This document shows, piece by piece, positions 9,030 through 17,964 of a stretch of 30,473 nt of DNA. Position 1 is the first letter of the stretch; each line of letters opens with the position of its first letter. Where the stretch lies: positions 1 to 30,473 of the IMG/VR virus record IMGVR_UViG_3300010236_000009; one strand, written 5' to 3'. Source of the DNA: a virus (Duplodnaviria > Caudoviricetes). Position numbers and translations under genes: made by a program. Under the pieces are notes generated by a model, which saw only the letters and a program-made list of their open reading frames with translations, searched no databases and had not been told where the DNA came from.

Positions 9030-9339
9030 CTAGCTTGGTAATATAGACTTCCTTAAATTGGCCAATGCCGAACAGCTCTGCTTCAATAATCTCCTTAACA
9101 GAAAATTTTTCTCCAGTATCTTTATTTTCTACTTGATCTCCCTCCTGAATAGCGACAAAATAATCAACAAAAAGAATATAATCTTCCCCAAAAACTCCTG
9201 ATACTCTTTCCGTCGTTTCTCTGTCTAATTGCTGGATATTAGCTTCAACCGTCGCCGTAGATTGAAGCCTAGATCGGTCGCTACCAACAATTGGCTTCAT
9301 CCTTCTAATAATTGCCGTTTTATCAAGAAAAATGTTCAT
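9019..9339 (-). CDS. Head closure / head-tail joining protein
   Basis: 106 aa between the adaptor and gp10-like genes; IQEGDQV...FSVKEI pattern. Confidence 0.7.
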   Translation of the reverse strand: MNIFLDKTAIIRRMKPIVGSDRSRLQSTATVEANIQQLDRETTERVSGVFGEDYILFVDYFVAIQEGDQVENKDTGEKFSVKEIIEAELFGIGQFKEVYITKLDEN

Positions 9340-9340
9340 C

Positions 9341-9943
9341 TTAGAAACTAATTCGCTGGTATTTACTTAAAACTTCTTTTATTTCATCATCACTAAACGC
9401 TTCTTTAGAAAAAGCAACATCGTAATTATATAATTTCATCCGGCTAATATTAGAGGGGATCTTTCTTTCGTTATAAACTCTTCCGACCAATTTCCAAACA
9501 ATATTTTCTAAATCAGATAACCCAACACTAGACAAATAAATCCCTTCATTAACATCAAAATTATAGCCAGCAGTATAGTCTGCCTTATAATTTTGAAAAC
9601 CCCGAATAAAAGTAAAATTTGCCCTAATAATTCCACTATCATTATCAACCAAATAATCATCACTGTTTATCGTATCCCACCCGTTATTTTCTCTTTCATA
9701 TAATGTGAATGTTTCCCCAGAAACAACTGGCCATTGAGGTAAAACTAATTCTTTAGAAGATTGACCATCTAGTTTTGTTTCAGAATAAGTGGTTTTTTTA
9801 AATCTTCGATCGCATTCATTTTCTACAAAATCACTAACCGAATTAATTAAAGATTCTAAAACCGTATCGTAGTTACTAGAAGTAATGCCTAAAAAGGCCT
9901 TTAAACGATCAAGACTTGTAAGGGCATAGCTGTTTAGACTCAT
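9341..9943 (-). CDS. Head-tail connector (adaptor) protein
   Basis: LTSLDRLKAFLGI...D..LESLI...VENECDRRF, LPQWPV, YTAGY and VYNER motifs. Confidence 0.85.
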   Translation of the reverse strand: MSLNSYALTSLDRLKAFLGITSSNYDTVLESLINSVSDFVENECDRRFKKTTYSETKLDGQSSKELVLPQWPVVSGETFTLYERENNGWDTINSDDYLVDNDSGIIRANFTFIRGFQNYKADYTAGYNFDVNEGIYLSSVGLSDLENIVWKLVGRVYNERKIPSNISRMKLYNYDVAFSKEAFSDDEIKEVLSKYQRISF

Positions 9944-10101
9944 TTATCATTTTTCATCATTCGATTATGATATCGCTTTTTGGGTTTATAAATTCTGGCC
10001 TCGCCCCGCTCAATCAAGCCATGAGCAATATTTCCAGATACCTGGATAACGCTATATCTTTTTCCTAAGCTGGTTGTTTTTAGCAATTTTACTTGAATCA
10101 T
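9940..10101 (-). CDS. 53-aa small basic post-capsid protein
   Basis: Not in the ORF track. MIQVKLLKTTSLGKRYSVIQVSGNIAHGLIERGEARIYKPKKRYHNRMMKNDK; its TGA overlaps the next ATG (ATGA). Confidence 0.7.
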   Translation of the reverse strand: MIQVKLLKTTSLGKRYSVIQVSGNIAHGLIERGEARIYKPKKRYHNRMMKNDK

Positions 10102-10165
10102 TTTTAACTTCTCAATGAAGCGAAATCTAACTCCTTCAATTTCGCTTCACCTGAGCAATTAAAAA
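10101..10165 (-). other. Long intergenic stem-loop after the capsid gene
   Basis: Perfect 11-bp stem TGAAGCGAAAT (10116-10126)/ATTTCGCTTCA (10139-10149), extended by CTCA/TGAG and TTTTTAA/TTAAAAA. No U-tract in the transcribed direction. Confidence 0.75.
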
Positions 10166-11254
10166 TTACCAGTTGGTAATCTTTCTAAAAGCACGAGTTA
10201 AAGCAGTAACGCCATCAACTCTTTCAGTAACCTTAATCGCTACCTGATCTTTCTCGAAAGTGCCCGCTCCTTCGGTGGTTGTTTTAACTGACATTTGCCG
10301 TCTATCACCAATGTAATAGAACCGCAAATCACCAAAATAAACGGTGTTTCCACAATCGTTTTGCTCTAAAACTGGCCTACCCATCAATCGAGGCAAGCCG
10401 CCATCTCTAGGATCAACCAACAGATATCGACCGTCGCTGTCTTTGAGTTTGCTAATATTTAACAAAGTCAAATTTGAAGCCAGCCAAACTCCGTTTTCCC
10501 GATGAGATTGAGGAAGTCTCCAATAAGCATTGATAATATCGTCAGCATCACCGGTTCCACCGGCACTCTCTGAGCTTATGCTTGCTTGGCTTAGACCAGT
10601 CGGTTCGCCAGAACCAGAACCAGTAACAAACTTATGGTCTTCTTCCCGATAAATAGCTTGAGCAAATCGATCAGTTAAATAAGGCACCAAGTCAATGGCT
10701 GAATCCTCAAATAACTCGGTAGAAAGATAAATAATGGCATTCAGTTTTTTGGCGGTAAGTTGAACATTGCCAAAATCAGCCGAAGTGGTAGAAATTGAAG
10801 TGTTTTCTGACCCCCAATAAACTGCTACATCTGCCGCTAAAGCGGGCAATTCCAACAGCTTACCAGCCATCGGCCAAACAGTCGCAAACCTTCTGATTAC
10901 CGGTTTATCTTGGGCCCAATCAACAATATCTGCCCTAAATTCATCAGGCACCAAATAACCGCCAGAAGCGTCAACGCCTTCAGCTAATGCCTTGGCGTGA
11001 GCCTTGTCGCCATCTAAGACCGCTTTGAAGAATGCTTTAATTTTCTCTTCTTTATCGAGTTCTTCAGGATCACCACTTTTAGGTTTTTCCTTTTTGGCTT
11101 CGTTAGCCGCTGAAATCACAGCTTTAGCAGTTTTTTCCACTAATTTTTCCATTAGTTCGTTGAGTTGGCTTTCCTCTTTTTCCTGCTCTTTAGCCTTCGC
11201 CTCTTTTTCCTTTTCAATTAACTTTAATGCTTCTTTTAGTTCTTGAATATCCAT
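10166..11254 (-). CDS. Major capsid protein, HK97 family
   Basis: Coiled-coil delta domain, GGYLVPDEF, LSTELFEDS, LKDSDGRYL, LMGRPV, FGDLRFY and FEKDQVAIKVTERVDG motifs. Confidence 0.97.
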   Translation of the reverse strand: MDIQELKEALKLIEKEKEAKAKEQEKEESQLNELMEKLVEKTAKAVISAANEAKKEKPKSGDPEELDKEEKIKAFFKAVLDGDKAHAKALAEGVDASGGYLVPDEFRADIVDWAQDKPVIRRFATVWPMAGKLLELPALAADVAVYWGSENTSISTTSADFGNVQLTAKKLNAIIYLSTELFEDSAIDLVPYLTDRFAQAIYREEDHKFVTGSGSGEPTGLSQASISSESAGGTGDADDIINAYWRLPQSHRENGVWLASNLTLLNISKLKDSDGRYLLVDPRDGGLPRLMGRPVLEQNDCGNTVYFGDLRFYYIGDRRQMSVKTTTEGAGTFEKDQVAIKVTERVDGVTALTRAFRKITNW

Positions 11255-11258
11255 ATTT

Positions 11259-11269
11259 TCACCTCCTTT
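11259..11269 (-). promoter_or_regulatory. Strong Shine-Dalgarno site of the capsid gene
   Basis: AAAGGAGGTGA ending 4 nt before ATG 11254. Confidence 0.85.
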
Positions 11270-11301
11270 CCTACCAATGTTAAATAGATTAACAGTTGGA
11301 G

Positions 11302-12264
11302 TTAACTTTTAATCCCATTAGTAGCAATCTTTAATAACTTTTCTAATAATTCCTTTTGAGTCATCTCTTTTTTAATTTCTTTTCCTCTAGCCACTTTTGC
11401 TAAAGCAACTTCAAAATGTTTTACCTCCGGAGGAATACGGCCAAATCTTTTATATTCATTAGCAACTTCTTGATATTCTTCTTTATCAATATTTTTAAAC
11501 AAGGAAATCATTTTTCTTTGAACTCCCCCAAAACTTTCTTTCCAGCTTTCATCTTTTTTCCACTCCTTAAAGTTCTTTGAAACCTGAAAGCCCTGATCTC
11601 TCAAAACAACCAACGCCTCTGGATTGGCCGGCACATTAACTGCCGAAAACTCTAAGGCTTCCCATTTCTTAAAATGATAACCAGTTTCAGTTTCTTCCCA
11701 TTCTAAAGGCAAAAACCCAACCGAAAAAGCGTCTAAAAATCCTTCTTTATATTTCCGGTAAATTTCAGCAGCAAACTTATCTTTCAAATCAAAGACTGGT
11801 TGAAAATAAATTTTATTGTCTTTAACTTCAAAATTTTCCACTCTTCCAATTGAGGGCCTCATTTCTCCACCTCCGGCGTTATGAGACCATAATAGTCTAG
11901 GGTTCTTGGAAAAATTATCAAATATGGCTCCTGTCGGCTCTAAAATATCCCCATCACGATCAATCGTCCCCGAAGAAATAACACACAATCCCAGTCGGCC
12001 ATTATCTTCTTCAGATAAATCTTTAACAAAAGCGGTTGTAAAAATAGCTTTACTCTGTTTGGCGTTTTCCTCTACCCACTTTTTCGCTTCCTCCATAGTC
12101 CACTTTTCTCTATCAAATAAATAAGTTTTAATTTTCTTGTGGTCCAGACAATAAAGAGCCTTAATTCCCTTTTTCTTGGAAATATCTATTGTCCTTAGAT
12201 TTTTACTATCGCACTTGTGTTTAGGATTAGGAATCCTAATGTAATTTTCTGTTACTTCTGGCAT
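11302..12264 (-). CDS. HK97-type prohead protease with N- and C-terminal extensions
   Basis: IDRDGDIL, NPRLLWSHN, PSIGR, LDAFSVGF and LEFSAVNVPANPEA motifs. Confidence 0.92.
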   Translation of the reverse strand: MPEVTENYIRIPNPKHKCDSKNLRTIDISKKKGIKALYCLDHKKIKTYLFDREKWTMEEAKKWVEENAKQSKAIFTTAFVKDLSEEDNGRLGLCVISSGTIDRDGDILEPTGAIFDNFSKNPRLLWSHNAGGGEMRPSIGRVENFEVKDNKIYFQPVFDLKDKFAAEIYRKYKEGFLDAFSVGFLPLEWEETETGYHFKKWEALEFSAVNVPANPEALVVLRDQGFQVSKNFKEWKKDESWKESFGGVQRKMISLFKNIDKEEYQEVANEYKRFGRIPPEVKHFEVALAKVARGKEIKKEMTQKELLEKLLKIATNGIKS

Positions 12265-12268
12265 AGCT

Positions 12269-12288
12269 CTTAATTAAATAATAGCAGA
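12269..12288 (-). repeat. 20-bp exact direct repeat, copy 2
   Basis: Identical to 8088-8107. Confidence 0.9.
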
Positions 12289-12306
12289 ATATTAAATCCC
12301 TCGCAA
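12278..12306 (-). promoter_or_regulatory. Sigma70-type promoter for protease and capsid genes
   Basis: TTGCGA (12301-12306), N17, then TATTAT (12278-12283) with an extended TG; 13 nt before ATG 12264. Confidence 0.6.
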
Positions 12307-12307
12307 G

Positions 12308-14494
12308 TTATAGCTTTATAACTGGTAAAATGGTGCATCGGCAATTCGGATGTAACGGCGGAACCGCTAAATCTCCATAGTCTATTTTCATTCTCCCGCC
12401 ATCAACCCCGACTAACTCATCGCCTTTATTTAAAAAGTTTTCATCTAGGGTTCTAGTTTTATATTCTTTCTCCATTGCCAAACAATATTGACAAGTTCTT
12501 TCATCTAAAGCCACCAGCCATTCTTTATGAGAAACAATTCCCGACTGTTTATATCCCAATAAATTTCCCAAATTGCTTGCTCTAATAGTTTCTGTCCTCG
12601 CAATCGATTCTGAGCGAGTTGTTTTGGCTTCCGCAAAAACATCCTGAACCCTTTTAGTAATTTTAGGCACACTTTCGTTATTACTAATACCAGCGATTAA
12701 TTGCTCTTTCAATTTCTCATAAGTAGTTAAATTAACGTTTCCCGCCAACTTTAATTCAAATTCATTAATAGTTTCTATTGCTCTATCGGTAAAGGTTATT
12801 TCCTCATCAAGGTCTAATAATTCCAAAGCACTTTTTCCTGATTGGGCTATTAAACGATAAACTAAATTATTAATCACTTCTATTAAAATATTATTTTCTT
12901 CTTCCATATCAAATAAATAATTGTCAACAATTTTAATTCGTTTAGGCATTTTAATTTCATTAACTTTTTTTAAAACTAATTTTTCTTGTCTTCCAAAATA
13001 GTCATTCAAAATATTAACCATTTTCTTTTCACTCGCTTCGCTCCGATTAACCATTTCTTTCCAAAAAGCTTCAGCTTTGTTTTTAGGAATTTTTACCTCT
13101 TCTTTTCCGGCTTCTTTAACTATCCTATCTTTCATCGTTAAATAAACAATTTTTTTCAAAATATCAGATGTGCCATTTTTTAACATTTCTTCTCTAATTC
13201 GATTTTTAACAATATCTAGCGGGGTTCTTTTATGATTAACAATAATTCTTTTTTTCCTTTCAATTTTATTACCTTTAATTTTCCCTAATTGGGGCGAAAC
13301 ACTAAAAGGCATATAAATAACATCTCCTTCATCAACCGGATCATATCCTAATAAGTCCCTTCTTTCATTAATTGTCAAAACGTCTCCCCCATCTTTAACC
13401 ACTTTTAGTTTTTCCTCTTTATTCTCTGGAACAGGGTCAACAAAACCAAAATATAAGTTTTCCTCCCAATCAGTAATATAAAATTCATTTAAAAATCCAA
13501 CCAGTTTAGTCATTCTTGGCCGAATAACATTCTCCATCCACATTTCTTTTTGGGTAATCGCATTTGCCCGGTTAACATCATCAGAAATTGCCGCTATAGT
13601 TTTGGGAACCTGAAAAATAGAATAAATTTCATCTCGGCTAAATTCTCTTAATTTCAAAAACTCCATATCCTTTAAGGTTTGTTTCAGAGCCGTATCAATC
13701 TCCAGCCCGCCAGTTAATATTGCTAGCTGATGAGCGTTTTTTACTCCTCCAAATTTAGTTCTCCACTCCGATTTAATTCTTTTAATTTCTTTTTCTTTTA
13801 ATTTCTGTTCCGTCTTCAAGATAACCGAAGGGGTGGCATTATTATAAAAGAAGTTTCTGTTCCACTTTAAAGCAAAAAGGTCTGTATCATAAGTATAAGC
13901 GATTGCCTGTAACGGCCCCATTCCTCGATAGGGGTTAGTTGGATTGAAACTTTTTAAATGAACAATGTCTTCTACTTTGTATTCATCGCCCTTTCTCATC
14001 CCCGGCACCCGATATTCATATCCTCCAATGAAATCGCCATCTTTTTTGGGAGGAAGAATCTTTACCCAATCAGGTCTTAATATCCATAATTCTCTAGGCT
14101 TACCCCCAACTCGATACTTATAAAAAAATGCTTCTCCCACCAGTTGCTGATAAGCTTCTAGTCCATAAAAGAAATCGTATCGACTCTGGAAATCATTAAC
14201 CCTATCTAAAACATCTAGGGCAGGGTGTTCTTCCACCTCTTCGATTTTCTTTCCCCTTTTCCGATATAAAACCAACTCAATATTGGCGACTTCTTTAGCG
14301 ATTGAATCAACAGCCCGATAAACCCAGCCCCTCATTGCTTCCAAATAATCTTTATCTTTCATATTCGGAGGCTCAGGAAGACTCATCATATCCATTCTTG
14401 TTGACATTGGCGGAGCACCAACTGAAGCCTTACTCTCTTTCGGAGAATTGAACAAACTAATTAATCTTTCCGGCAATTCATTAATAAATCCCAT
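12308..14494 (-). CDS. Portal protein (HK97 family) fused to a MuF / SPP1 gp7-like minor head domain
   Basis: Portal motifs WVYRAVDSIA, LWILRPDWV, YRGMGPL, FFYNNATPS and LTINERR. MuF motifs RSESIARTET, KEWLVALDERTC and PPLHPNCRC. Confidence 0.93.
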   Translation of the reverse strand: MGFINELPERLISLFNSPKESKASVGAPPMSTRMDMMSLPEPPNMKDKDYLEAMRGWVYRAVDSIAKEVANIELVLYRKRGKKIEEVEEHPALDVLDRVNDFQSRYDFFYGLEAYQQLVGEAFFYKYRVGGKPRELWILRPDWVKILPPKKDGDFIGGYEYRVPGMRKGDEYKVEDIVHLKSFNPTNPYRGMGPLQAIAYTYDTDLFALKWNRNFFYNNATPSVILKTEQKLKEKEIKRIKSEWRTKFGGVKNAHQLAILTGGLEIDTALKQTLKDMEFLKLREFSRDEIYSIFQVPKTIAAISDDVNRANAITQKEMWMENVIRPRMTKLVGFLNEFYITDWEENLYFGFVDPVPENKEEKLKVVKDGGDVLTINERRDLLGYDPVDEGDVIYMPFSVSPQLGKIKGNKIERKKRIIVNHKRTPLDIVKNRIREEMLKNGTSDILKKIVYLTMKDRIVKEAGKEEVKIPKNKAEAFWKEMVNRSEASEKKMVNILNDYFGRQEKLVLKKVNEIKMPKRIKIVDNYLFDMEEENNILIEVINNLVYRLIAQSGKSALELLDLDEEITFTDRAIETINEFELKLAGNVNLTTYEKLKEQLIAGISNNESVPKITKRVQDVFAEAKTTRSESIARTETIRASNLGNLLGYKQSGIVSHKEWLVALDERTCQYCLAMEKEYKTRTLDENFLNKGDELVGVDGGRMKIDYGDLAVPPLHPNCRCTILPVIKL

Positions 14495-14498
14495 ATCT

Positions 14499-15869
14499 TT
14501 AGTATATACTAATTTTTGGCTCAGTTAAATATTCCATTGCTAGGGCAATACTCCAGAAAGCATCACCGTGTCCTTCTGGCGTTTCAATTGCCTTCAAATC
14601 ATTTTGAACCGCCAAAATAGATCGTCTTTGCCGATCATCGGCAATTAATTTAATTTTACCATTAGTCCGCTTCTTATCAAATTCTGTTGCCAAAGCATTT
14701 TTCTTTTTTAATCCCAAATTAACGCCAATATATTCCGGCCCCAATTCCCCTTTTTCGGCAACAACCTCAATCTCTCCTCTAGTATTATCATAATACAACC
14801 GGTCAATTTCAAAGTTTTCAATTGCCAAATCCAAGTATTCTAATTGGTCTTTATAATCTTCCCCGTCAAAAAAGTGCTGATGGATTTGAGTCCATTCCTC
14901 CTTATCTCCCCGGACTTCAAAAACGCTAAAATGAGCCGGATGCCTATGTTTACCTAAATCCCAACCCCCAATAATGTCATATTCTTTAGGGTTTTCTCTT
15001 TTAATACCAATGGGATAATTAGGGATATCAAACATCATTGATAAAACCTGTTCTTCGCTAAAAAACGAGTTCTCAGAATAAACAGGCGAACACATATATT
15101 CCTGATTAAATATTTTCTCTCCTCGCTCATTTTTTCTTTCAATTAATTCCTGATAATTATAATGTTCGGGCCATAATGAGATTTTCTTTTTATAATCAAC
15201 AATCGCTGGTAAAATCCTTACTTCAAACCTTTTTAAAAACTTTTTATCAAAAAAGAAATCATCATTAGTCTGAGGTGTCCCAACCACGTGTAAAAAAGCA
15301 TCTTGATTAGGAATATCAATAATCTGGGTTTTCATTACATAATTAACCGTTCTAACAATTTTTGGCTCTAATTTGTTAGCCGGATCTTGAAACGGGTCAT
15401 CAACAAATACCCCCCAATTACAATGTAATCCTCTCTTAAAACCTAATAAACCTTGCGGCGATAAAGTAAAGGTAGCCGTTCTTCCCTGCCAACGATATTT
15501 AATCACGCCTTCCGCCGTAGTTTTTAAATCAATCAAATCTTGAAAATAAGGATTCAACTTAACCAAATCCTTAATCTTGCCAATATGATAGGCCGACATT
15601 TCCCCTTTATAAGAGAAATAATGAGCTTCCATATCAAACTTAGTATCTGCCCTTCTCAACATATCCCACATGAAATAAGCATAAAGAGAAGTCGATTTAA
15701 AGTGGTCTTTAGCAGAAACCCTAACTGTTCTTAAATGATTCTGAAGAAAATTAGCGGTCTTAGTAACAAATTCACCATCGACAAACTTTTCGAAGCTTAA
15801 ACAAAAAATATTGTTAACAAAATAATCAAAGCTCTGAATCGACTTTATTATCTTTTTCGGATCTAACAT
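14499..15869 (-). CDS. terL: Terminase large subunit
   Basis: Walker A-like SAKDHFKST, Walker B VFVDDP, VVGTP, FNQEYMC; nuclease motifs GWDLG and HGDAFWSIALA. Directly upstream of the portal gene. Confidence 0.9.
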   Translation of the reverse strand: MLDPKKIIKSIQSFDYFVNNIFCLSFEKFVDGEFVTKTANFLQNHLRTVRVSAKDHFKSTSLYAYFMWDMLRRADTKFDMEAHYFSYKGEMSAYHIGKIKDLVKLNPYFQDLIDLKTTAEGVIKYRWQGRTATFTLSPQGLLGFKRGLHCNWGVFVDDPFQDPANKLEPKIVRTVNYVMKTQIIDIPNQDAFLHVVGTPQTNDDFFFDKKFLKRFEVRILPAIVDYKKKISLWPEHYNYQELIERKNERGEKIFNQEYMCSPVYSENSFFSEEQVLSMMFDIPNYPIGIKRENPKEYDIIGGWDLGKHRHPAHFSVFEVRGDKEEWTQIHQHFFDGEDYKDQLEYLDLAIENFEIDRLYYDNTRGEIEVVAEKGELGPEYIGVNLGLKKKNALATEFDKKRTNGKIKLIADDRQRRSILAVQNDLKAIETPEGHGDAFWSIALAMEYLTEPKISIY

Positions 15870-16206
15870 TTTCTTTCACTAATTTAGTTAATTCGGGGAT
15901 TAAGCTAAAGGCTTCACCGCCAACATCAAGATTTTGCTGAGGCTTTCCCTCAATTCTATCAAATATTTCCTTAATTGCTTTTATGTCTCCTTTGCTAGCT
16001 AATACCGCCAAAGTTATTGCGATTTCTTCCATTCTACTTTTACCAGTTTTACTTCTCGGATCAACTTCTTTTAGAAACTCAAGTAAGGCGTCAGTTAATG
16101 GTTTTCTAACTGGTCTGCCACTAGGATTACCGGAATGTCCCGGGACAAACCTTCCCTTTTCATCCCTGATAACTTCCTGTTCACTGGCTGATTGTTCACG
16201 ATCCAT
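15826..16206 (-). CDS. terS: Terminase small subunit
   Basis: KGRFVPGHSGNPSGRP and GDIKAIKEIFDRIEGKPQQ motifs; overlaps the terL start. Confidence 0.8.
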   Translation of the reverse strand: MDREQSASEQEVIRDEKGRFVPGHSGNPSGRPVRKPLTDALLEFLKEVDPRSKTGKSRMEEIAITLAVLASKGDIKAIKEIFDRIEGKPQQNLDVGGEAFSLIPELTKLVKENVRSEKDNKVDSEL

Positions 16207-16212
16207 AATTAG

Positions 16213-16221
16213 ATTATATCA
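16213..16221 (-). promoter_or_regulatory. Putative extended -10 leaderless promoter for terS
   Basis: Perfect TGnTATAAT 6 nt before ATG 16206; no Shine-Dalgarno site; weak -35. Confidence 0.5.
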
Positions 16222-17416
16222 TTGGCGTTATCTCTTGCCATAACTCCTCCTTACCGATAAACTTGGCGTATCGCTTTCTAATAACATCACAGTATTTTGG
16301 GTCTAGTTCCATCATATAGCAAACTCTTTTAAGTTGCTCGCAAGCGATTAGAGTAGAACCTGAGCCACCGAATAGATCCAATACTAATTCTCCTTTTTTG
16401 CTAGAATTGCCAACAGCATGAGAAATTAATTCTATTGGTTTCTGGGTAGGATGTAATTCATTTTTTAATGGTTTGTCATAATTCCAAACAGTTGTTTCCC
16501 CCGCACTACCATAGAACTTGTGTCTTGCCCCACTTTTCCAACCATACAACAAAGGCTCGTGTTTGTAATGGTAATCACTCCTGCCCAAAACATGATTATT
16601 TTTTACCCAAATTATTGTTTGTTTAAGTTCCCAATCAGCCTCTAAAAGAGATATCATCATCATCATCATCATCAACTCTCCACCCTGGGGACTACAACAA
16701 TAATAACTACCCCCTGCCTTTGTAAATACGTTCATATTTTGAAAAGCACTAACCCATAATCCCTTCATCTCTTTAACCGTCAGCGTATCATTATCTATAT
16801 TTTCTTGAATACGGTTACCTTTATCAATAGCGTTTAGAAAACTGTTCTTGTCCCCATAGCTTACCCCATAAGGTGGGTCAGTAAACACCATGTCCGCCTT
16901 CTGCCCACCCATTAACCTCTCTACATCCTCCTTTTTAGTAGCGTCCCCACACATCAGTCGATGTCTCCCCAACTGATATATCTCGCCTAACTTGCTAACC
17001 GGTTCGCCCCCTTCAACCGCTGGCGGATCGTCCTCTTCCACTTCTCCTGTGTCCCATTTAGCGGGGTCTATCCCCCAATCTCCTAAGGGTAAATCTCCCC
17101 ATTCATTAGCTAATAAATCATAGTCCCATTCTCCATCAGCCAAATTATCGTTAATAATAAAATTTCTTTTTTGTTCTTCCGTCCAGTCTTTAGCACAAAC
17201 AAAATAACTATCTTTTATTTCAAAACCCTCTTGAGCCAACTCTCTTAACACTCTTAGCCGCATATTGCCGCCCAAAACAATAAAATTCTCATCATAAACA
17301 ATGGGGCGTTTTTCTAACATTTGAGGAAATTCCCGAATCTTTTTCTTTAATCTCTCGAAGGCCTCTTTTTTTATCATTCGAGGATTATTTGGGTTTAGTT
17401 TTAATTTATTTAACAT
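16214..17416 (-). CDS. ParB-like N-terminal domain fused to an N6-adenine/N4-cytosine DNA methyltransferase (beta class)
   Basis: NPNNPR...GGNMRL ParB-like domain; DPPY, HPTQKP and VLDLFGGSGST motifs. Usual position upstream of terminase. Confidence 0.92.
   Translation of the reverse strand: MLNKLKLNPNNPRMIKKEAFERLKKKIREFPQMLEKRPIVYDENFIVLGGNMRLRVLRELAQEGFEIKDSYFVCAKDWTEEQKRNFIINDNLADGEWDYDLLANEWGDLPLGDWGIDPAKWDTGEVEEDDPPAVEGGEPVSKLGEIYQLGRHRLMCGDATKKEDVERLMGGQKADMVFTDPPYGVSYGDKNSFLNAIDKGNRIQENIDNDTLTVKEMKGLWVSAFQNMNVFTKAGGSYYCCSPQGGELMMMMMMISLLEADWELKQTIIWVKNNHVLGRSDYHYKHEPLLYGWKSGARHKFYGSAGETTVWNYDKPLKNELHPTQKPIELISHAVGNSSKKGELVLDLFGGSGSTLIACEQLKRVCYMMELDPKYCDVIRKRYAKFIGKEELWQEITPMI
16655..16672 (-). 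repeat. (ATG)6 trinucleotide repeat encoding Met6
   Basis: Six CAT units on the + strand; protein reads GELMMMMMMISL. Confidence 0.9.
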
Positions 17417-17589
17417 AACCTCTCCCCTCCCCTATTCTTTTTCTCTTGGGAAAAATTTTTACCCACAAAACACCTCTCCCCTACTCTATTTTTCCCGCCC
17501 AAAATAAACCCGAAATCTAAATGTTTTTTACCGAATAAAAGCCGCATTTTCTGACAGATTTTGCTTAGTGTATTATATAGAAACATATA

Positions 17590-17964
17590 TTATGATAGGG
17601 TCTCTTTTATCTTATTCTGATAATATTTTATCTTATCTTGATACCACTTCTCTTTAAATTTAGCGATTTTATTCTTATTTTTTTCTAAATAAGCCCACCG
17701 ATCGGGAAATTTATTTTTAAACCACTCTGCCGCTTCTAGGGGATTTTTATGCCACCTATTAATATGGCAATGAAAACATAACACCATCAAATTATTCTCG
17801 TCCCACCTCAAATAATTACCCCTTGATTTAGGAATAACATGAGATAAATGGCCATTTTGCTTTTCAACCGACCTGCCGCACCATTGGCAAATATTCTTAT
17901 CTCTTAAAAAGATATATTCCCTAGAAATCTTAGTCAGTTTTTTTTGTAAACTTTTTATCGACAT
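17590..17964 (-). CDS. NinG/Rap-like HNH nuclease
   Basis: YIFLRD...CQWC...SHVIPKSRGNYLRWDENN...CFHCH. Confidence 0.85.
   Translation of the reverse strand: MSIKSLQKKLTKISREYIFLRDKNICQWCGRSVEKQNGHLSHVIPKSRGNYLRWDENNLMVLCFHCHINRWHKNPLEAAEWFKNKFPDRWAYLEKNKNKIAKFKEKWYQDKIKYYQNKIKETLS

Noticed and set aside
10040-10070. Suspected frameshift in the small post-capsid gene
   Set aside because: Recounting the A-run (GGA AAA AGA) shows a continuous 53-aa frame.
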